A DNA stretch of 64,000 nt from Cyanophyceae cyanobacterium (GCA_038321985.1 JBBQFN010000006.1:157332-221331), one strand, 5' to 3'; counted from the stretch's first letter, positions 40,839 to 51,417 are shown. A program made the numbers and translations. Notes: generated by a model from the letters alone, not told the origin.

Positions 40839-41627
40839 ATGATTAAAGAAGATAGTGCAGTGATTCTCTCCGTTCGGGATTTAACCGCGAATGTGAATGA
40901 TACCCCAATTCTCAAAGGCTTGAATCTGGAAATCAAGGCGGGAGAAATTCATGCGATTATGGGACCGAATGGCTCAGGAAAAAGCACCTTTTCCAAGGTT
41001 TTATCGGGTCATCCGGCGTATGAAGTAACCGGGGGGGAGGTGATTTTTATGGGTCAAAATCTCCTAGAATTGGAACCCGAAGCAAGGGCTTTAGCCGGGG
41101 TCTTTTTAGCATTTCAATATCCCTTGGAAATTCCGGGGGTAAGTAATCTGGACTTTTTACGAGTTGCCTACAATTCTCGCCGCAAGCATTTGGGGTTAGA
41201 AGAGGTGGATGCGTTTGATTTTGAAGAAGTCATCGAAGAAAAATTGGACATTGTGAAGATGAATCCAGCTTTTCTAAACCGGAGTGTCAATGAGGGATTT
41301 TCCGGCGGGGAAAAGAAGCGTAACGAAATTCTGCAAATGGCGCTGTTAGAGCCAAAATTAGCAATTTTGGATGAGACAGATTCGGGGCTAGATATTGATG
41401 CACTGAAAGTGGTGGCGAGTGGAGTTAACCAGTTATCTTCTGCGGATAATGCAGTGTTAGCGATTACTCATTATCAGCGCTTGCTAAATTATATTGTTCC
41501 GGATTACGTTCATGTGATGGAAGGGGGTCGAATTTTGACCACCGGAACAAAGGATTTGGCGCTGGAATTAGAAGCGCGTGGATATGATTGGGTGGTAGAA
41601 GCCGATCGGGTAAAGGCAGGTGTGTAA
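40839..41627 (+). CDS. sufC: Fe-S cluster assembly ATPase SufC
   Basis: [33 protein letters not shown]. Probable ATG 40839 after GAGGAG. Confidence 0.97.
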   Translation: MIKEDSAVILSVRDLTANVNDTPILKGLNLEIKAGEIHAIMGPNGSGKSTFSKVLSGHPAYEVTGGEVIFMGQNLLELEPEARALAGVFLAFQYPLEIPGVSNLDFLRVAYNSRRKHLGLEEVDAFDFEEVIEEKLDIVKMNPAFLNRSVNEGFSGGEKKRNEILQMALLEPKLAILDETDSGLDIDALKVVASGVNQLSSADNAVLAITHYQRLLNYIVPDYVHVMEGGRILTTGTKDLALELEARGYDWVVEADRVKAGV

Positions 41628-43006
41628 TGGGAATGGGTACAGAGGTTTCTAAAAAATCACAGGTGTCTTATTTAGATGAATTGTTGAAACAGGCAGTTGC
41701 CTCTCCTGCGCCGGTAGTGAATCCGCAGTATGGAATTGCCGCGCCTACGGCTGCTTTATTGCAACAGGTGCGGGATAATGCGGCAACTTGGGTGCGGGAG
41801 TTGGCAATGCCGACTCGCAAAGATGAGGAATGGCGGGTTACGGATTTAGCTGGGTTGCAGGCATTGACATTTGAGGCAGCACCGCCAGAGGCACTTCCCT
41901 TTAAGGCGATCGCCCCGTTTGAGTTGCCGGAAATGTTAGACAGCCGATTAGTATTTGTGAATGGCTGTTATGCGCCTGAACTTTCCAATATTTCGGGTTT
42001 ACCCGAAGGCGTATTTGTCGGAAGTCTCGGACAATTACCGCAAGAATTGGCGACTCATCTGCCCAACTATTTGGGAAATGTAGAGGGTAACAAAGAGGTA
42101 TTTACCTCCCTCAATACCGCTGGGTTAATGGATGCAGCGGTGGTATGGGTAGGAAAGGATGTGGCAGTCCCTAAACCAATTCACCTCTTATTTATGGCAG
42201 TACCTGGCGCTGAGCCCCGGTTAATCCAGTCGCGCTGTTTAGTGGTTGCGGAACGCGGAAGTACCTGCACGGCGATCGAGGAATATGTGGTTGCCGATGA
42301 TGATTCCTGCGGGAATTTCAAGGGAAGTGCGCCTTATTTTACCAATGCAGTAACGGAAATCTGGGTGGCAGAAACTGCCCAAGTCATTCACGCTAAAATA
42401 CAGCGTGAGAGTACCAACTCGTTCCACATTGGCAAGAGTGCGATCGCCCAAGCTAAAGATAGCCATTATTCCTGTACCGCAGTTTCTACCGGCGCTTTAC
42501 TCTCCCGACATAATCTGGAGGTGTTCCAGAAAGGGGAAGGAACCTATACCACCCTCAACGGGTTAGCGATCGCGGATGGCAAACAAGTCTGCGATACCCA
42601 CAGTGCGATCGTTTTCAACCATCCCAACGGGACCAGCAAACAACTGCACAAGTGTATCATCGACGGTTCCGCCCAGGGTATTTTTAACGGCAAAATCTTT
42701 GTGCCCAAACCCGCCCAACTCACCGATGCTAAACAGTTAAATCGCACCCTGTTACTTTCCCCGAAAGGGCGAGTAGATACCAAACCTCAACTGGAAATCA
42801 CCGCTGATAACGTCAAATGTTCTCACGGTGCTACTATCAGCCAACTGGAAGAAGATGAACTCTTCTATCTGCGGAGTCGTGGATTAGATCCGTTCATGAG
42901 TCGCAACTTGCTGATTGATGGGTTTGCCGGAGAAATTCTCCAAGAATTACCCTCCGGTGCGTTGCAAACAAAAATTTCTCGATGTGTTGCTTGCAAAAGT
43001 AACTAA
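41627..43006 (+). CDS. sufD: Fe-S cluster assembly protein SufD
   Basis: PTRKDEEWR, LVFVNG, FNGKIFV, DTKPQLEITADNVKCSHGAT, FYLRSRG. Probable ATG overlaps the sufC stop. Confidence 0.96.
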   Translation: MGMGTEVSKKSQVSYLDELLKQAVASPAPVVNPQYGIAAPTAALLQQVRDNAATWVRELAMPTRKDEEWRVTDLAGLQALTFEAAPPEALPFKAIAPFELPEMLDSRLVFVNGCYAPELSNISGLPEGVFVGSLGQLPQELATHLPNYLGNVEGNKEVFTSLNTAGLMDAAVVWVGKDVAVPKPIHLLFMAVPGAEPRLIQSRCLVVAERGSTCTAIEEYVVADDDSCGNFKGSAPYFTNAVTEIWVAETAQVIHAKIQRESTNSFHIGKSAIAQAKDSHYSCTAVSTGALLSRHNLEVFQKGEGTYTTLNGLAIADGKQVCDTHSAIVFNHPNGTSKQLHKCIIDGSAQGIFNGKIFVPKPAQLTDAKQLNRTLLLSPKGRVDTKPQLEITADNVKCSHGATISQLEEDELFYLRSRGLDPFMSRNLLIDGFAGEILQELPSGALQTKISRCVACKSN

Positions 43007-43042
43007 TTCGGCATAAAAACGCCCGTCGTAGAATTGACCGAT

Positions 43043-43070
43043 GTAGAGATGCGAAATTTCGCGTCTCTAC
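43043..43070. repeat. 28-bp GTAG-type REP-like palindrome (copy 2)
   Basis: GTAGAGATGCGAAA|TTTCGCGTCTCTAC between sufD and sufS. Confidence 0.85.
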
Positions 43071-43200
43071 CCCCCGGCTTTTAACCTCATAAAAAATTAT
43101 GATAACAGTTCTTTTTGGGAAATGACTTCAATAATTCGACGTTAATTTTCCAACTAATTTTCCCCTCTCCAACCCATTCATCCTTTATTCATTCAGGACC

Positions 43201-44463
43201 ATGATAGTTACCCGCGAAAAAACATTAGCTCAAAAAGTCCGCCCTGATTTTCCGATTTTAAATCAAGAAATCCATGGCAAACCCTTAGTTTATCTCGATA
43301 ACGCCGCTACCTCCCAAAAGCCGGTGCAGGTACTCGATGCCTTGCGGCACTACTACGATTTCGATAATGCCAACGTACATCGAGGGGTTCATACCCTCAG
43401 TTCTCGTGCCACCGATGCCTATGAAGGTGCTAGAGAGAAAATTGCCAAGTTTGTAAACGCCGCATCGGAAAAAGAAATTATTTATACCCGTAATGCCAGC
43501 GAGGGAATTAACCTCGTCGCCAATACCTGGGGAGTGAGCAATATCCGAGAGGGAGATGAAATCATCCTCACCGTCATGGAGCATCACAGTAACTTAGTCC
43601 CCTGGCAAATTTTAGCACAAAAAACAGGTGCAATCCTAAAATTTGTCGAACTCACGGAAACCCAAGAGTTCAATATGGACCAATATCAAACTCTGCTTTC
43701 GGATAAAACGAAGTTAGTGGCAGTGGTTCATATTTCTAATACCTTGGGTTGCATTAATCCGGTCAAAGAAATTACCGCCCTTGCCCACGAACAGGGTGCT
43801 AAAGTCTTAATTGACGCTTGTCAAAGTATGCCTCATTTCCCCATTAATGTACAGGATCTCGATTGCGATTGGTTGGTAGCATCAGGACATAAAATGTGTG
43901 CACCCACCGGAATTGGTTTCCTGTATGGAAAACTCGCCGTCTTGCGCGCAATGCCGCCTTTTCTAGGGGGAGGTGAGATGATTGCCGATGTATTTTTGGA
44001 CCATTCCACTTATGCCGATGTCCCTCATAAATTTGAAGCAGGAACACCGGCGATCGGGGAAGCGGTTGCTCTCGGTGCAGCAGTAGATTATCTAAGCAGC
44101 ATTGGCATGGATAAAATCTATGAGTATGAGAAACAGTTAACGGCGTATCTGTTTGAACAACTCAACCCAATTTCTGAGATTAAAATTTATGGCCCTCAAC
44201 CTCAAGCCGATGGTTCAGGACGGGCCGCCTTAGCCTCATTTACCAGTGGAAGCGTGCATCCCCATGACCTTTCTACCATTTTAGATCAGGCGGGGGTTGC
44301 CATTCGTGCGGGACATCATTGTACCCAACCTTTGCACCGAGTAATTGGCGCACAATCGACAGCACGAGCGAGTTTGTATTTCTATAATACTCGGGAAGAA
44401 ATTGATGCCTTTATTGTGTCATTGAAAGAGGCGATCGAGTTTTTTGGGGGCATATTTGGGTAA
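43201..44463 (+). CDS. sufS: Cysteine desulfurase SufS
   Basis: [16 protein letters not shown] (PLP lysine), FEAGTP, RAGHHC. Confidence 0.97.
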   Translation: MIVTREKTLAQKVRPDFPILNQEIHGKPLVYLDNAATSQKPVQVLDALRHYYDFDNANVHRGVHTLSSRATDAYEGAREKIAKFVNAASEKEIIYTRNASEGINLVANTWGVSNIREGDEIILTVMEHHSNLVPWQILAQKTGAILKFVELTETQEFNMDQYQTLLSDKTKLVAVVHISNTLGCINPVKEITALAHEQGAKVLIDACQSMPHFPINVQDLDCDWLVASGHKMCAPTGIGFLYGKLAVLRAMPPFLGGGEMIADVFLDHSTYADVPHKFEAGTPAIGEAVALGAAVDYLSSIGMDKIYEYEKQLTAYLFEQLNPISEIKIYGPQPQADGSGRAALASFTSGSVHPHDLSTILDQAGVAIRAGHHCTQPLHRVIGAQSTARASLYFYNTREEIDAFIVSLKEAIEFFGGIFG

Positions 44464-44513
44464 TCCCTATTTGAATCACCCCGCCGCCTAAAAGCTGAAA
44501 ATTCTCTGAATAA

Positions 44514-44539
44514 AGCCCGCCTGTGCGGGCTACTTTTTT
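44514..44539 (+). terminator. Terminator after sufS
   Basis: AGCCCGC-CTGT-GCGGGCT then ACTTTTTT; reads GTAGCCCGC... on the minus strand (REP-like). Confidence 0.65.
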
Positions 44540-44618
44540 AAAGGATGTAGGAATGTTAGGAATATGTGCAGAATATGAGAGCAGGGATTTAATTCCATGA
44601 AACAATTGGAGAAATAGC

Positions 44619-44954
44619 TTGAAACTCCCGAATTATGAGCAAGCTATAGTTCCCCGGAAAAAAATTACTGAATATTTACTATCACTGACTCATCCTGAGG
44701 GTAAAAGTAAGGCCCAATTTTTTATCAAGTTTGGGTTTACAGTGGATCACTGGGAAATTATGGCTACAGCGTTCATCAATCATGCGGCTGACTATGAATT
44801 AGCTAAAATAGAAGCATCCCCTTTCGGCACAAGGTATGTTATTGAAGCTGCACTCCTCACCCCAGATAGCAGAAACCCAAAAGTTCGTTCTGTTTGGTTT
44901 ATTGCTACTGGAGATGATACTCCTAGACTCATCAGTGCATACCCACTCGAATAA
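44619..44954 (+). CDS. DUF6883-like protein (putative nuclease-type toxin)
   Basis: KITEYLLSLTHPEGKSKAQFF-x-x-FGF...FGTRY...VRSVWFI...PRLISAYP. Confidence 0.7.
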   Translation: MKLPNYEQAIVPRKKITEYLLSLTHPEGKSKAQFFIKFGFTVDHWEIMATAFINHAADYELAKIEASPFGTRYVIEAALLTPDSRNPKVRSVWFIATGDDTPRLISAYPLE

Positions 44955-44974
44955 AATCACCCATATTCACCACC

Positions 44975-45217
44975 ATGATTACTGAATTAGACTCAGTTAT
45001 TTTAACAACAGATTTGCCGGATTTTAATTTAAAAACCGGCGATATAGGTACGGTTATTTTAGTCCATCAAGAAGGCTTAGGATATGAAGTAGAATTTATG
45101 ACCTTGGCGGGAAAAACTATTGCCATTGTATCTTTATTCAATTCTCAAATTCGAGCGATTGGTGAGAGAGACATCGCTCAAGCACGAGTTTTGACAAAAC
45201 CTTTAATGGCAGAATAA
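44975..45217 (+). CDS. DUF4926 family protein (putative antitoxin/immunity)
   Basis: ELDSVILTTDLP...GDIGTVILV...YEVEF...G-x-T. Confidence 0.8.
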   Translation: MITELDSVILTTDLPDFNLKTGDIGTVILVHQEGLGYEVEFMTLAGKTIAIVSLFNSQIRAIGERDIAQARVLTKPLMAE

Positions 45218-45248
45218 AAGAAAAAAAGACAGGGTAGCGCCCTGTCTT
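45218..45248 (-). terminator. Hairpin/terminator between convergent genes
   Basis: AAGACAGGG-TAGCG-CCCTGTCTT, with an A-tract on its left (T-tract on the minus strand). Confidence 0.65.
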
Positions 45249-45276
45249 GATGATTAATAATAAAAAGTTGATTTGA

Positions 45277-46845
45277 TTAGGCGATCGCCGATTCAAATTG
45301 CTGCAATTTGGCAATATCAGGAGCCGAATTTTTCCCGAAAATGGGGGGTAATTCTCCCACTTTTACCAGTACCTCTCGCACCTCTTGATTTGAGATATCG
45401 GCCAGGGTTCGGTTACTTAAAAGCGCTAAGGTTGCCGCAATTCCTAATCCATGACCCACTGCGGCATTATATTCGACAATTCGTCCGGCTGCGGAGGCAA
45501 ATCCCTCAAATCCAGAGGCAGGACTAACGACGGCTAAATTTCGTACGGATTTCAGTTGGGCGTGACGAATACCCACATTAAATGTGGGCTTGCTAAATAT
45601 CGTGCTGAGAAATCCATTTGCTTTGGCTTTATCCCCTATGCCAGGAATACCACCCCGCACATCAAAATGATAAGCAAACGTTGCTAAGGCTTCATTTTTG
45701 TCAACGCCACCCGCCAGCATTTTTGACCCGCTTAAGGGTTCGATCGCCTCGGTTATATTTCCCGCGTGTCTGATGTATAATTCTGAAGCAGGCGTTACCG
45801 ATTTTGCGCCAATACTCTTAAACCATTTCTCTACAAATTTCATCTCTTCCAGCATTGCCGGAGTCGGTTTCCCTCCGTTATTCGCTAGAGTATCCGCTTC
45901 AATGCCGGTAACTGCAATCATTAATGCATTCCAAGAGAGGCGATCGCCCGATAAAATCGCTACATTTCCTCGGTCTAAAATTGTCCCACTTTCCTGCAAT
46001 GACAACTTCTTACCCCGGAAAGAATGATAGGCGATCGATAAGGCGTTACAGCGGATATCAATATAATCCTTACCCCCCCACAACGTCTTTAAATTTCCGT
46101 GAGAATCTACTAATTCCTTGCGGAGTTCCTCGGCTTTGCCTTCATCAAATCCCGCAGCCGACTTGAGAAAATTCTGGGCTTCCGTATCCGCCAAATTCCG
46201 AAAGCGCTTAAGATAGGCTAATTCTATCTCCTTCAGGCGATTAATACTCAATCCTTGGGTTTGAAACACTAGAGTGACTGGAAGTTCAGAATCGGGTAAG
46301 CCAAACGTCCCGAACCCGTGAGATTTTTTCGCTCCTGCCGCTTGTGCTAATTCCGCATTTACGGTAGAATCGATAAATTGCTTGGCTGTATATTTTTCAC
46401 CTCTAGTCGTGAGAATACTTGCCAAATTCTCACCCGAATTAATAACTGATTCGATTTTGACATTGCTGAGAATGGCAACTCCAGCTTCCCGCAGCATATC
46501 TTTCAACGCGCAGTCGCCCTTTTGGGGATCAAGAGCAATTTGTGTTACCCCCGCCCTCCGTAAAAATTCCCGGTAAATCGCTGAAGGTGCACCAAATGTA
46601 TCAAGATTTAAAGAGGTTTGAATCGGGCGATCAATTTGTGAGCGATCAAGATAAGATAACCCCCCTCGGATTAAATGTCCGCCAATGCCTTCTCCTGCAT
46701 TCGCCTTAGACATTAACAGCATTGTGGGATATTTTTGGGTTCGGCGGCGATACTCTCTCGCTGCGGCTACCAGGGCCAAAACTCCAGGTACTTCATCCCC
46801 AAACCCGATGATATCGTAATACCGTTCTTCTGTATTCAGCTTCAT
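45277..46845 (-). CDS. FAD-dependent oxidoreductase-like protein
   Basis: YDIIGFGDEVPGVLAL (variant dinucleotide-binding fold), IGGHLIRGGL, AKQFIDSTVNAELAQAAG, ELYIRHAG, AAGRIVE. Confidence 0.75.
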   Translation of the reverse strand: MKLNTEERYYDIIGFGDEVPGVLALVAAAREYRRRTQKYPTMLLMSKANAGEGIGGHLIRGGLSYLDRSQIDRPIQTSLNLDTFGAPSAIYREFLRRAGVTQIALDPQKGDCALKDMLREAGVAILSNVKIESVINSGENLASILTTRGEKYTAKQFIDSTVNAELAQAAGAKKSHGFGTFGLPDSELPVTLVFQTQGLSINRLKEIELAYLKRFRNLADTEAQNFLKSAAGFDEGKAEELRKELVDSHGNLKTLWGGKDYIDIRCNALSIAYHSFRGKKLSLQESGTILDRGNVAILSGDRLSWNALMIAVTGIEADTLANNGGKPTPAMLEEMKFVEKWFKSIGAKSVTPASELYIRHAGNITEAIEPLSGSKMLAGGVDKNEALATFAYHFDVRGGIPGIGDKAKANGFLSTIFSKPTFNVGIRHAQLKSVRNLAVVSPASGFEGFASAAGRIVEYNAAVGHGLGIAATLALLSNRTLADISNQEVREVLVKVGELPPIFGKNSAPDIAKLQQFESAIA

Positions 46846-47104
46846 ATTTATGCTCTCGATCGCAAAGATTGGTAAGTGCAGGTCAAACCCGACGGATATT
46901 AGTCCTTATACCTTTGCTAACCTCCTTCATCCGGAGGCACAGAATCACCCAAAAATTCCCTCGTTCGGTGTCACAACTTGCGGTAGTTTCCTCAAGCAAA
47001 CCTAATCCCCACCGGAATAAAACCCCATAATCACTGCGATCGCCGCCAATGTTCCCCCAAATTTCGCTAAAGTTAAGAATAGTAGCAACTTTAGGAGATT
47101 CAGG

Positions 47105-47788
47105 ATGTCAGCTCAACTACTACTCGTCGATGATGAGCCCGGATTGCGCGAAGCGGTGCAAGCGTATCTGGAAGATGAAGGGTTTTCCGTTCAAGTGGCG
47201 AGTAATGCCAATGATGGATGGGATTTGCTGCAACAGCAACATCCTGATTTAGTGATTACTGACTTGATGATGCCCCAAGTGGATGGGTTTGAGTTTCTCA
47301 AACGGATGAGAGAAGACCCCCGCTTTAAAGTGATGCCTGTGGTGTTTTTAACCGCCAGGGGGATGACGGGCGATCGCATCCAAGGTTACCAAGCTGGTTG
47401 TGATGCCTATCTCTCCAAACCCTTCGACCCCGATGAATTAGTGGCGATCGTGCGAAACTTGTTAGACCGTCGCGCCGCAGCTAATGGGGACGGAGAAGCC
47501 CCGGATTTAGCCTCCTTAGCCCGGGAAATCGGAGAAATTAAGTCTATGTTATCCGGTCGTCATGCGATCGCTCAAACTCCACCCCCCATCAAAATTGACC
47601 TCACCCCTCGCGAACAAAGCGTTTTAGATTTAGTCGCCAAAGGACTGATGAACAAGGAAATCGCCCGCAATCTTGATACGAGTGTTCGCAACGTCGAAAA
47701 ATATGTCAGCCGCTTATTTAGCAAAACCGGCACCAACAGTCGGACTGAGTTAGTGCGTTACGCTCTCGAACATGGTCTTACAGAATAG
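47105..47788 (+). CDS. ycf29: NarL/LuxR-family response regulator (Ycf29/Rre1-like)
   Basis: LLLVDDEPGLREAV, DLMMPQVDG, FLTARG, LTPREQSVL...GLMNKEIARNL...RNVEKYVSRLF. Confidence 0.85.
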   Translation: MSAQLLLVDDEPGLREAVQAYLEDEGFSVQVASNANDGWDLLQQQHPDLVITDLMMPQVDGFEFLKRMREDPRFKVMPVVFLTARGMTGDRIQGYQAGCDAYLSKPFDPDELVAIVRNLLDRRAAANGDGEAPDLASLAREIGEIKSMLSGRHAIAQTPPPIKIDLTPREQSVLDLVAKGLMNKEIARNLDTSVRNVEKYVSRLFSKTGTNSRTELVRYALEHGLTE

Positions 47789-47968
47789 GGACAGATGGCT
47801 AGTTGCTTATTATTAACATCACCAAGTTGAATTGCAATTAGCCATCGGGAAAAATTAAGAAAAGTTACGTTTCTTAAAAAAAGAGTCATATTTTCTCATT
47901 TTCAGAAAAAATTTTGTTAATGTTTGACAAATCCTTGAACAAAAAATAAGAAAAAACACCTAAAACTT

Positions 47969-48082
47969 ATGAAAGTCGCAAAAATTTCCTCACCCTTGGG
48001 ACAAGTTTTAATGATGGCAGCGCTGATGATTTTGATGAGTTTGGGGACAATGGCAGTTGTTGTTTTAGCCGGTGGGGTCTGA
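47969..48082 (+). CDS. Putative 37-aa single-pass membrane micropeptide
   Basis: MKVAKISSPLGQVLMMAALMILMSLGTMAVVVLAGGV*; below the ORF-track cutoff; a hairpin follows the stop directly. Confidence 0.45.
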   Translation: MKVAKISSPLGQVLMMAALMILMSLGTMAVVVLAGGV

Positions 48083-48108
48083 GGCAGAGAAACCAAGTTT
48101 CTCTGCCT
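48082..48108. terminator. Hairpin between the micropeptide ORF and the PHP gene
   Basis: AGGCAGAGAAAC-CAA-GTTTCTCTGCCT. Confidence 0.65.
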
Positions 48109-48138
48109 GGGTTCTGCCTGGGTTCTGCCATTTTGCAA

Positions 48139-48885
48139 TTACAGACGTAAGAGTAAATTAGAGCCGTGGGTATCAGTGCCGCAGGTGTTTAATAACCCAT
48201 AGGTGACACCTAACTGATGAACTTTAACAGTTTGCTTGGGGCTAGGTTTCCAGGGGTTCGGATTATTGTAGGCATAATAAGTTTCGATGCCATCAATACC
48301 CAAATAGGCCGCTTCGGGAATCAGGTCCGCAGGCGATCGCTTGGCATACCGTGCCGGGTGAGCGAGGACCGCCAATCCGCCCCCTGCTTGAATGGAGCGA
48401 ATGACTTGGGATGCGTGATAATCGGAACCCTTGACCGTATGACCTTGGAGGTAGGGTTGCATCCGAGGATGTTCTGGATTGAACGCATAACCGAGAATAT
48501 GAACCTCAGCATCGAGGAGGAGGGCATTAATTTCTACCCCCGTCCAAAGTTGGGGTGCTTGGGGCAGATCTGCAACCGTGGTCTCGCCTACAGATGAATT
48601 GGAATGCTCCAGGCACCATTCCTCTAACCAGCGTTGAGCGATGTAGTAGCCGGCGACACTGTGGTGATCCGTAATCGCCAACCCTTTAAGACCAATGTTG
48701 AGGGCTTGCTGCATCACCCCTTCAGGGCGCAGCTTGCCATCGGAGTAGACCGTATGAAGGTGAAAATTGTAAGAAGTGGGACAGCTATTGGCATCGATCG
48801 CCTGAAAAACGCGACCCAGTGCCGCTTTATTTTGTGCGGCGGGTGACTGAGTTGAAAGAGACTGTTGAGAGACAGAGAGAGTCAT
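48139..48885 (-). CDS. PHP-domain metal-dependent phosphoesterase
   Basis: HLHTVYSDG, ITDHH, GVEI, VHILGY, LAHP, GTDTHG. Confidence 0.92.
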   Translation of the reverse strand: MTLSVSQQSLSTQSPAAQNKAALGRVFQAIDANSCPTSYNFHLHTVYSDGKLRPEGVMQQALNIGLKGLAITDHHSVAGYYIAQRWLEEWCLEHSNSSVGETTVADLPQAPQLWTGVEINALLLDAEVHILGYAFNPEHPRMQPYLQGHTVKGSDYHASQVIRSIQAGGGLAVLAHPARYAKRSPADLIPEAAYLGIDGIETYYAYNNPNPWKPSPKQTVKVHQLGVTYGLLNTCGTDTHGSNLLLRL

Positions 48886-49369
48886 AACTACCTCATAAAT
48901 TGGTGAGTGTTCGGGTAGAACCTCAACACACCCTGAAAAGGCCAGGGTTGACGGTAAAACGTCACCTTCGGCAGTTCATCTCGACGTCGGCATCAAGGGT
49001 CGGCGATCGGAGTGAAAGGGCGAATAGTCCTGAACCCGTAGCACTCGTATCGAACGCTAGGAATTCGAGAGTCGGTCTTGACGAGCGCGAGAATTGTCTT
49101 TACATATTTTAACAGTCAGAATCAAGTCAGTACGATTTAGGTTAAAGAAGAAGTAAATCTAAATTCTTATCTAAACCATAAGCAATCGACAATAAACAAC
49201 TCGCTATTAATTAAATTCAACAATACAAACTAAATTTAGGGGAGTAGAGCATCCGGATAGGTATTAGCTCCAAGGGAAAACAAAGCCGGTTTCTGGTCTT
49301 AATCGGTTGAGAATTGCCTGATATTTTGTCAAAAAAGCCGGTTTTTAACCGCAGTACCAAGGCTTTGAG

Positions 49370-49594
49370 TTAATCCAACCAAAATAACCAAGCCAGGGGC
49401 TTGGTTATCCAGGGAATATGCCCGGGGAGTTGAGGGACCCGATCCAAATCACACCGACAACGGGTGCAAGGAATCTGGAAGGGGGGGAAATCCGAGGAGG
49501 CAGCCGGAGGGTGCCTGCCATTACCCCACCCTTGGATTGGACGATCGCTCGTGAGCAGATACCGATTATAAGAGAACCTAGTAGTGATTAGCAC
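49370..49594 (-). CDS. Small hypothetical protein directly downstream of the HetZ-related gene
   Basis: GTG start 6 bp after the upstream stop; CTRCRC and PQLPGHIPW. Confidence 0.45.
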   Translation of the reverse strand: MLITTRFSYNRYLLTSDRPIQGWGNGRHPPAASSDFPPFQIPCTRCRCDLDRVPQLPGHIPWITKPLAWLFWLD

Positions 49595-49600
49595 AGCGAA

Positions 49601-50905
49601 TCACTTCTCCTGAGATTCAGTATTGCGAGATTGCCAAGCCTTTTCCAGGAGAGCCGACCAGCGTTTTTGGACCTGTTTGGGAGTACATTTAATCTCTTGA
49701 GCAATTTCTGAGTCACTGGCTCCAGAGCGCTTGAGTTGTAAAAGCTGTTGCTGTTCTTCCGAGAGGTCGCCGAGGAAAGTATCCCACTGCTGCAAAGGCA
49801 TTCCCAGATTTTGATCCAAGTCAGCACCCAGCCATTGATGGACCAGTTTCCAATGTCCAGAGCGAGCGAACTTTTCAACGTGGTACTTAAACCGTTGTTG
49901 CAGGTAGTCGCGCTGACGAGCACTCAGACCGAGGATTTCGTCGATTTCGGGGGCGGCTAAATCTTGCAACTTCAGCACTAAGTAATCGATACAGTCGGAT
50001 TGACCTTGAGACTCCAGGTATTGAATCAACTCACAGACAACGCGATCGCGCAAGACGGCCTCTGCGGGGTCCACCATCTCAGAAATCATTTTTTCCCGAA
50101 CTTGCTGTGCTGCGTAGGAGCGACTTTGGACCTCTGCATCTTCTCCCTTGGGAAACTCGATCGCCTGTTCGATATCCACCAGGGTTTCTGGGGGTTGACC
50201 CTGAGCGAAACCTTGAGCGCGCAGCACGATTAGTTGTTGGTTGTAACGACCGGGTAAGGTAATCCGACGCTTGGCGTAATGTTCGGTAAAGGCCATATAC
50301 TCTGCCAGTTCTAACTGAGTCCGGGGAGTATAGGTTAGGGGCATTTCATGTTCGCGACGGAACGCACGCAGCACTTCGATATAAAACCCTTGCAAGAAAT
50401 CTTCGATTAAGGTGTATCGAGCTTGGAAGCTCAGACGAGAGTGCAGGTGAGCAACGTGACGGTAAACCATCGAGCTGAGTTGAGCGTGGAGGTCCACACG
50501 GCCTTGGCGAGAACCCAGCTTGTAATAATGTAAAGACTTTTGCAAGCGATGGCGGGCCAACGTAATCTGCCAGGAGCGAACTTCACCAGAATTTTGGATC
50601 CGATTGCTTTTCTTGCAAATGCGTTCAACTTCTTTAGCAATTCGTAGGGCAACATCTTGGGCGCTTTTCGAGCCGCTTTTCAGCTTTTGGCTGAGTTCAT
50701 CGAGGACTTGCTCACTCAATTGTTCTGTGTCCATTCCCAGCACTAGAACGGGTTCGGTAGGTTCCCCTTCCACTCCTAAGATGGCTTCGGCAGGCTCCCC
50801 AGCTTGGCTGTCCGAGTGAGGAGTGCCTGCGGTCATTTGGGGAGCAGGAGGAACTTGAGAATCGTTTTTCCGGGAATTGGACGAATTGGCTAGTTTAACG
50901 TTCAT
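49601..50905 (-). CDS. HetZ-related protein
   Basis: RIAKEVERIC-x-x-S-x-RIQ, LARHRLQK-x-L-x-YY-x-LGS-x-QGRV-x-LH, LELAEYMAFTE, RQRDYLQQRFKYH, and a C-terminal HTH. Probable ATG 50905 (ORF track starts at 51208). Confidence 0.85.
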   Translation of the reverse strand: MNVKLANSSNSRKNDSQVPPAPQMTAGTPHSDSQAGEPAEAILGVEGEPTEPVLVLGMDTEQLSEQVLDELSQKLKSGSKSAQDVALRIAKEVERICKKSNRIQNSGEVRSWQITLARHRLQKSLHYYKLGSRQGRVDLHAQLSSMVYRHVAHLHSRLSFQARYTLIEDFLQGFYIEVLRAFRREHEMPLTYTPRTQLELAEYMAFTEHYAKRRITLPGRYNQQLIVLRAQGFAQGQPPETLVDIEQAIEFPKGEDAEVQSRSYAAQQVREKMISEMVDPAEAVLRDRVVCELIQYLESQGQSDCIDYLVLKLQDLAAPEIDEILGLSARQRDYLQQRFKYHVEKFARSGHWKLVHQWLGADLDQNLGMPLQQWDTFLGDLSEEQQQLLQLKRSGASDSEIAQEIKCTPKQVQKRWSALLEKAWQSRNTESQEK

Positions 50906-51364
50906 GGTTTGGCCTCGGGTAAAGCACCGGACTAAAGAGCCGCAGACATCGGGGGAAAGGAGGAGAGGATCGCTTTGTCGGTAGAGCCTTGCTTCAATCC
51001 CTTCGCTGTCTACAATTAGACTTTCCCAGGCTTGAGCGAACTTTGGACGGAGGTAGATCCCTCTTTCTAAACCGGCATACTGGTGCAACGGGACAGGATG
51101 TACCACTGTCTGCTCTTTTTGGGTCGCGATCGCCCACTGGCTGAGGATTTGGGAGTGGACAGTCGAGAAAGTGGATGAGTCCACCCACTCCGCATTGGCA
51201 ACTGGCACATGGGTATCATTTAAAACTTGGATATAAAATCTCAGTGATCCTCTTCGTTTCTAAACTCCCTTCATCCGGATCCAATTCCTATTCCCCTCAA
51301 TGTTCCATCAAGCCCCCACAGCCCTACAGGGTGGGGCTACAGGGAGGGAAGCTCCTCCGGCGCA

Positions 51365-51417
51365 GGCTAAACAGAAACCCCCACACTTTAAAGGGTGTGG
51401 GGGTTTCTTGTTTAGCC
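51365..51417. terminator. Long hairpin downstream of the YrdC/YciO-family gene
   Basis: GGCTAAACAGAAACCCCCACAC...GTGTGGGGGTTTC-T-TGTTTAGCC. Confidence 0.7.

Noticed and set aside
50906..51208. 101-aa N-terminal extension of the HetZ-related ORF
   Set aside because: No recognisable domain; family-like sequence begins after ATG 50905, so it is probably untranslated open frame.
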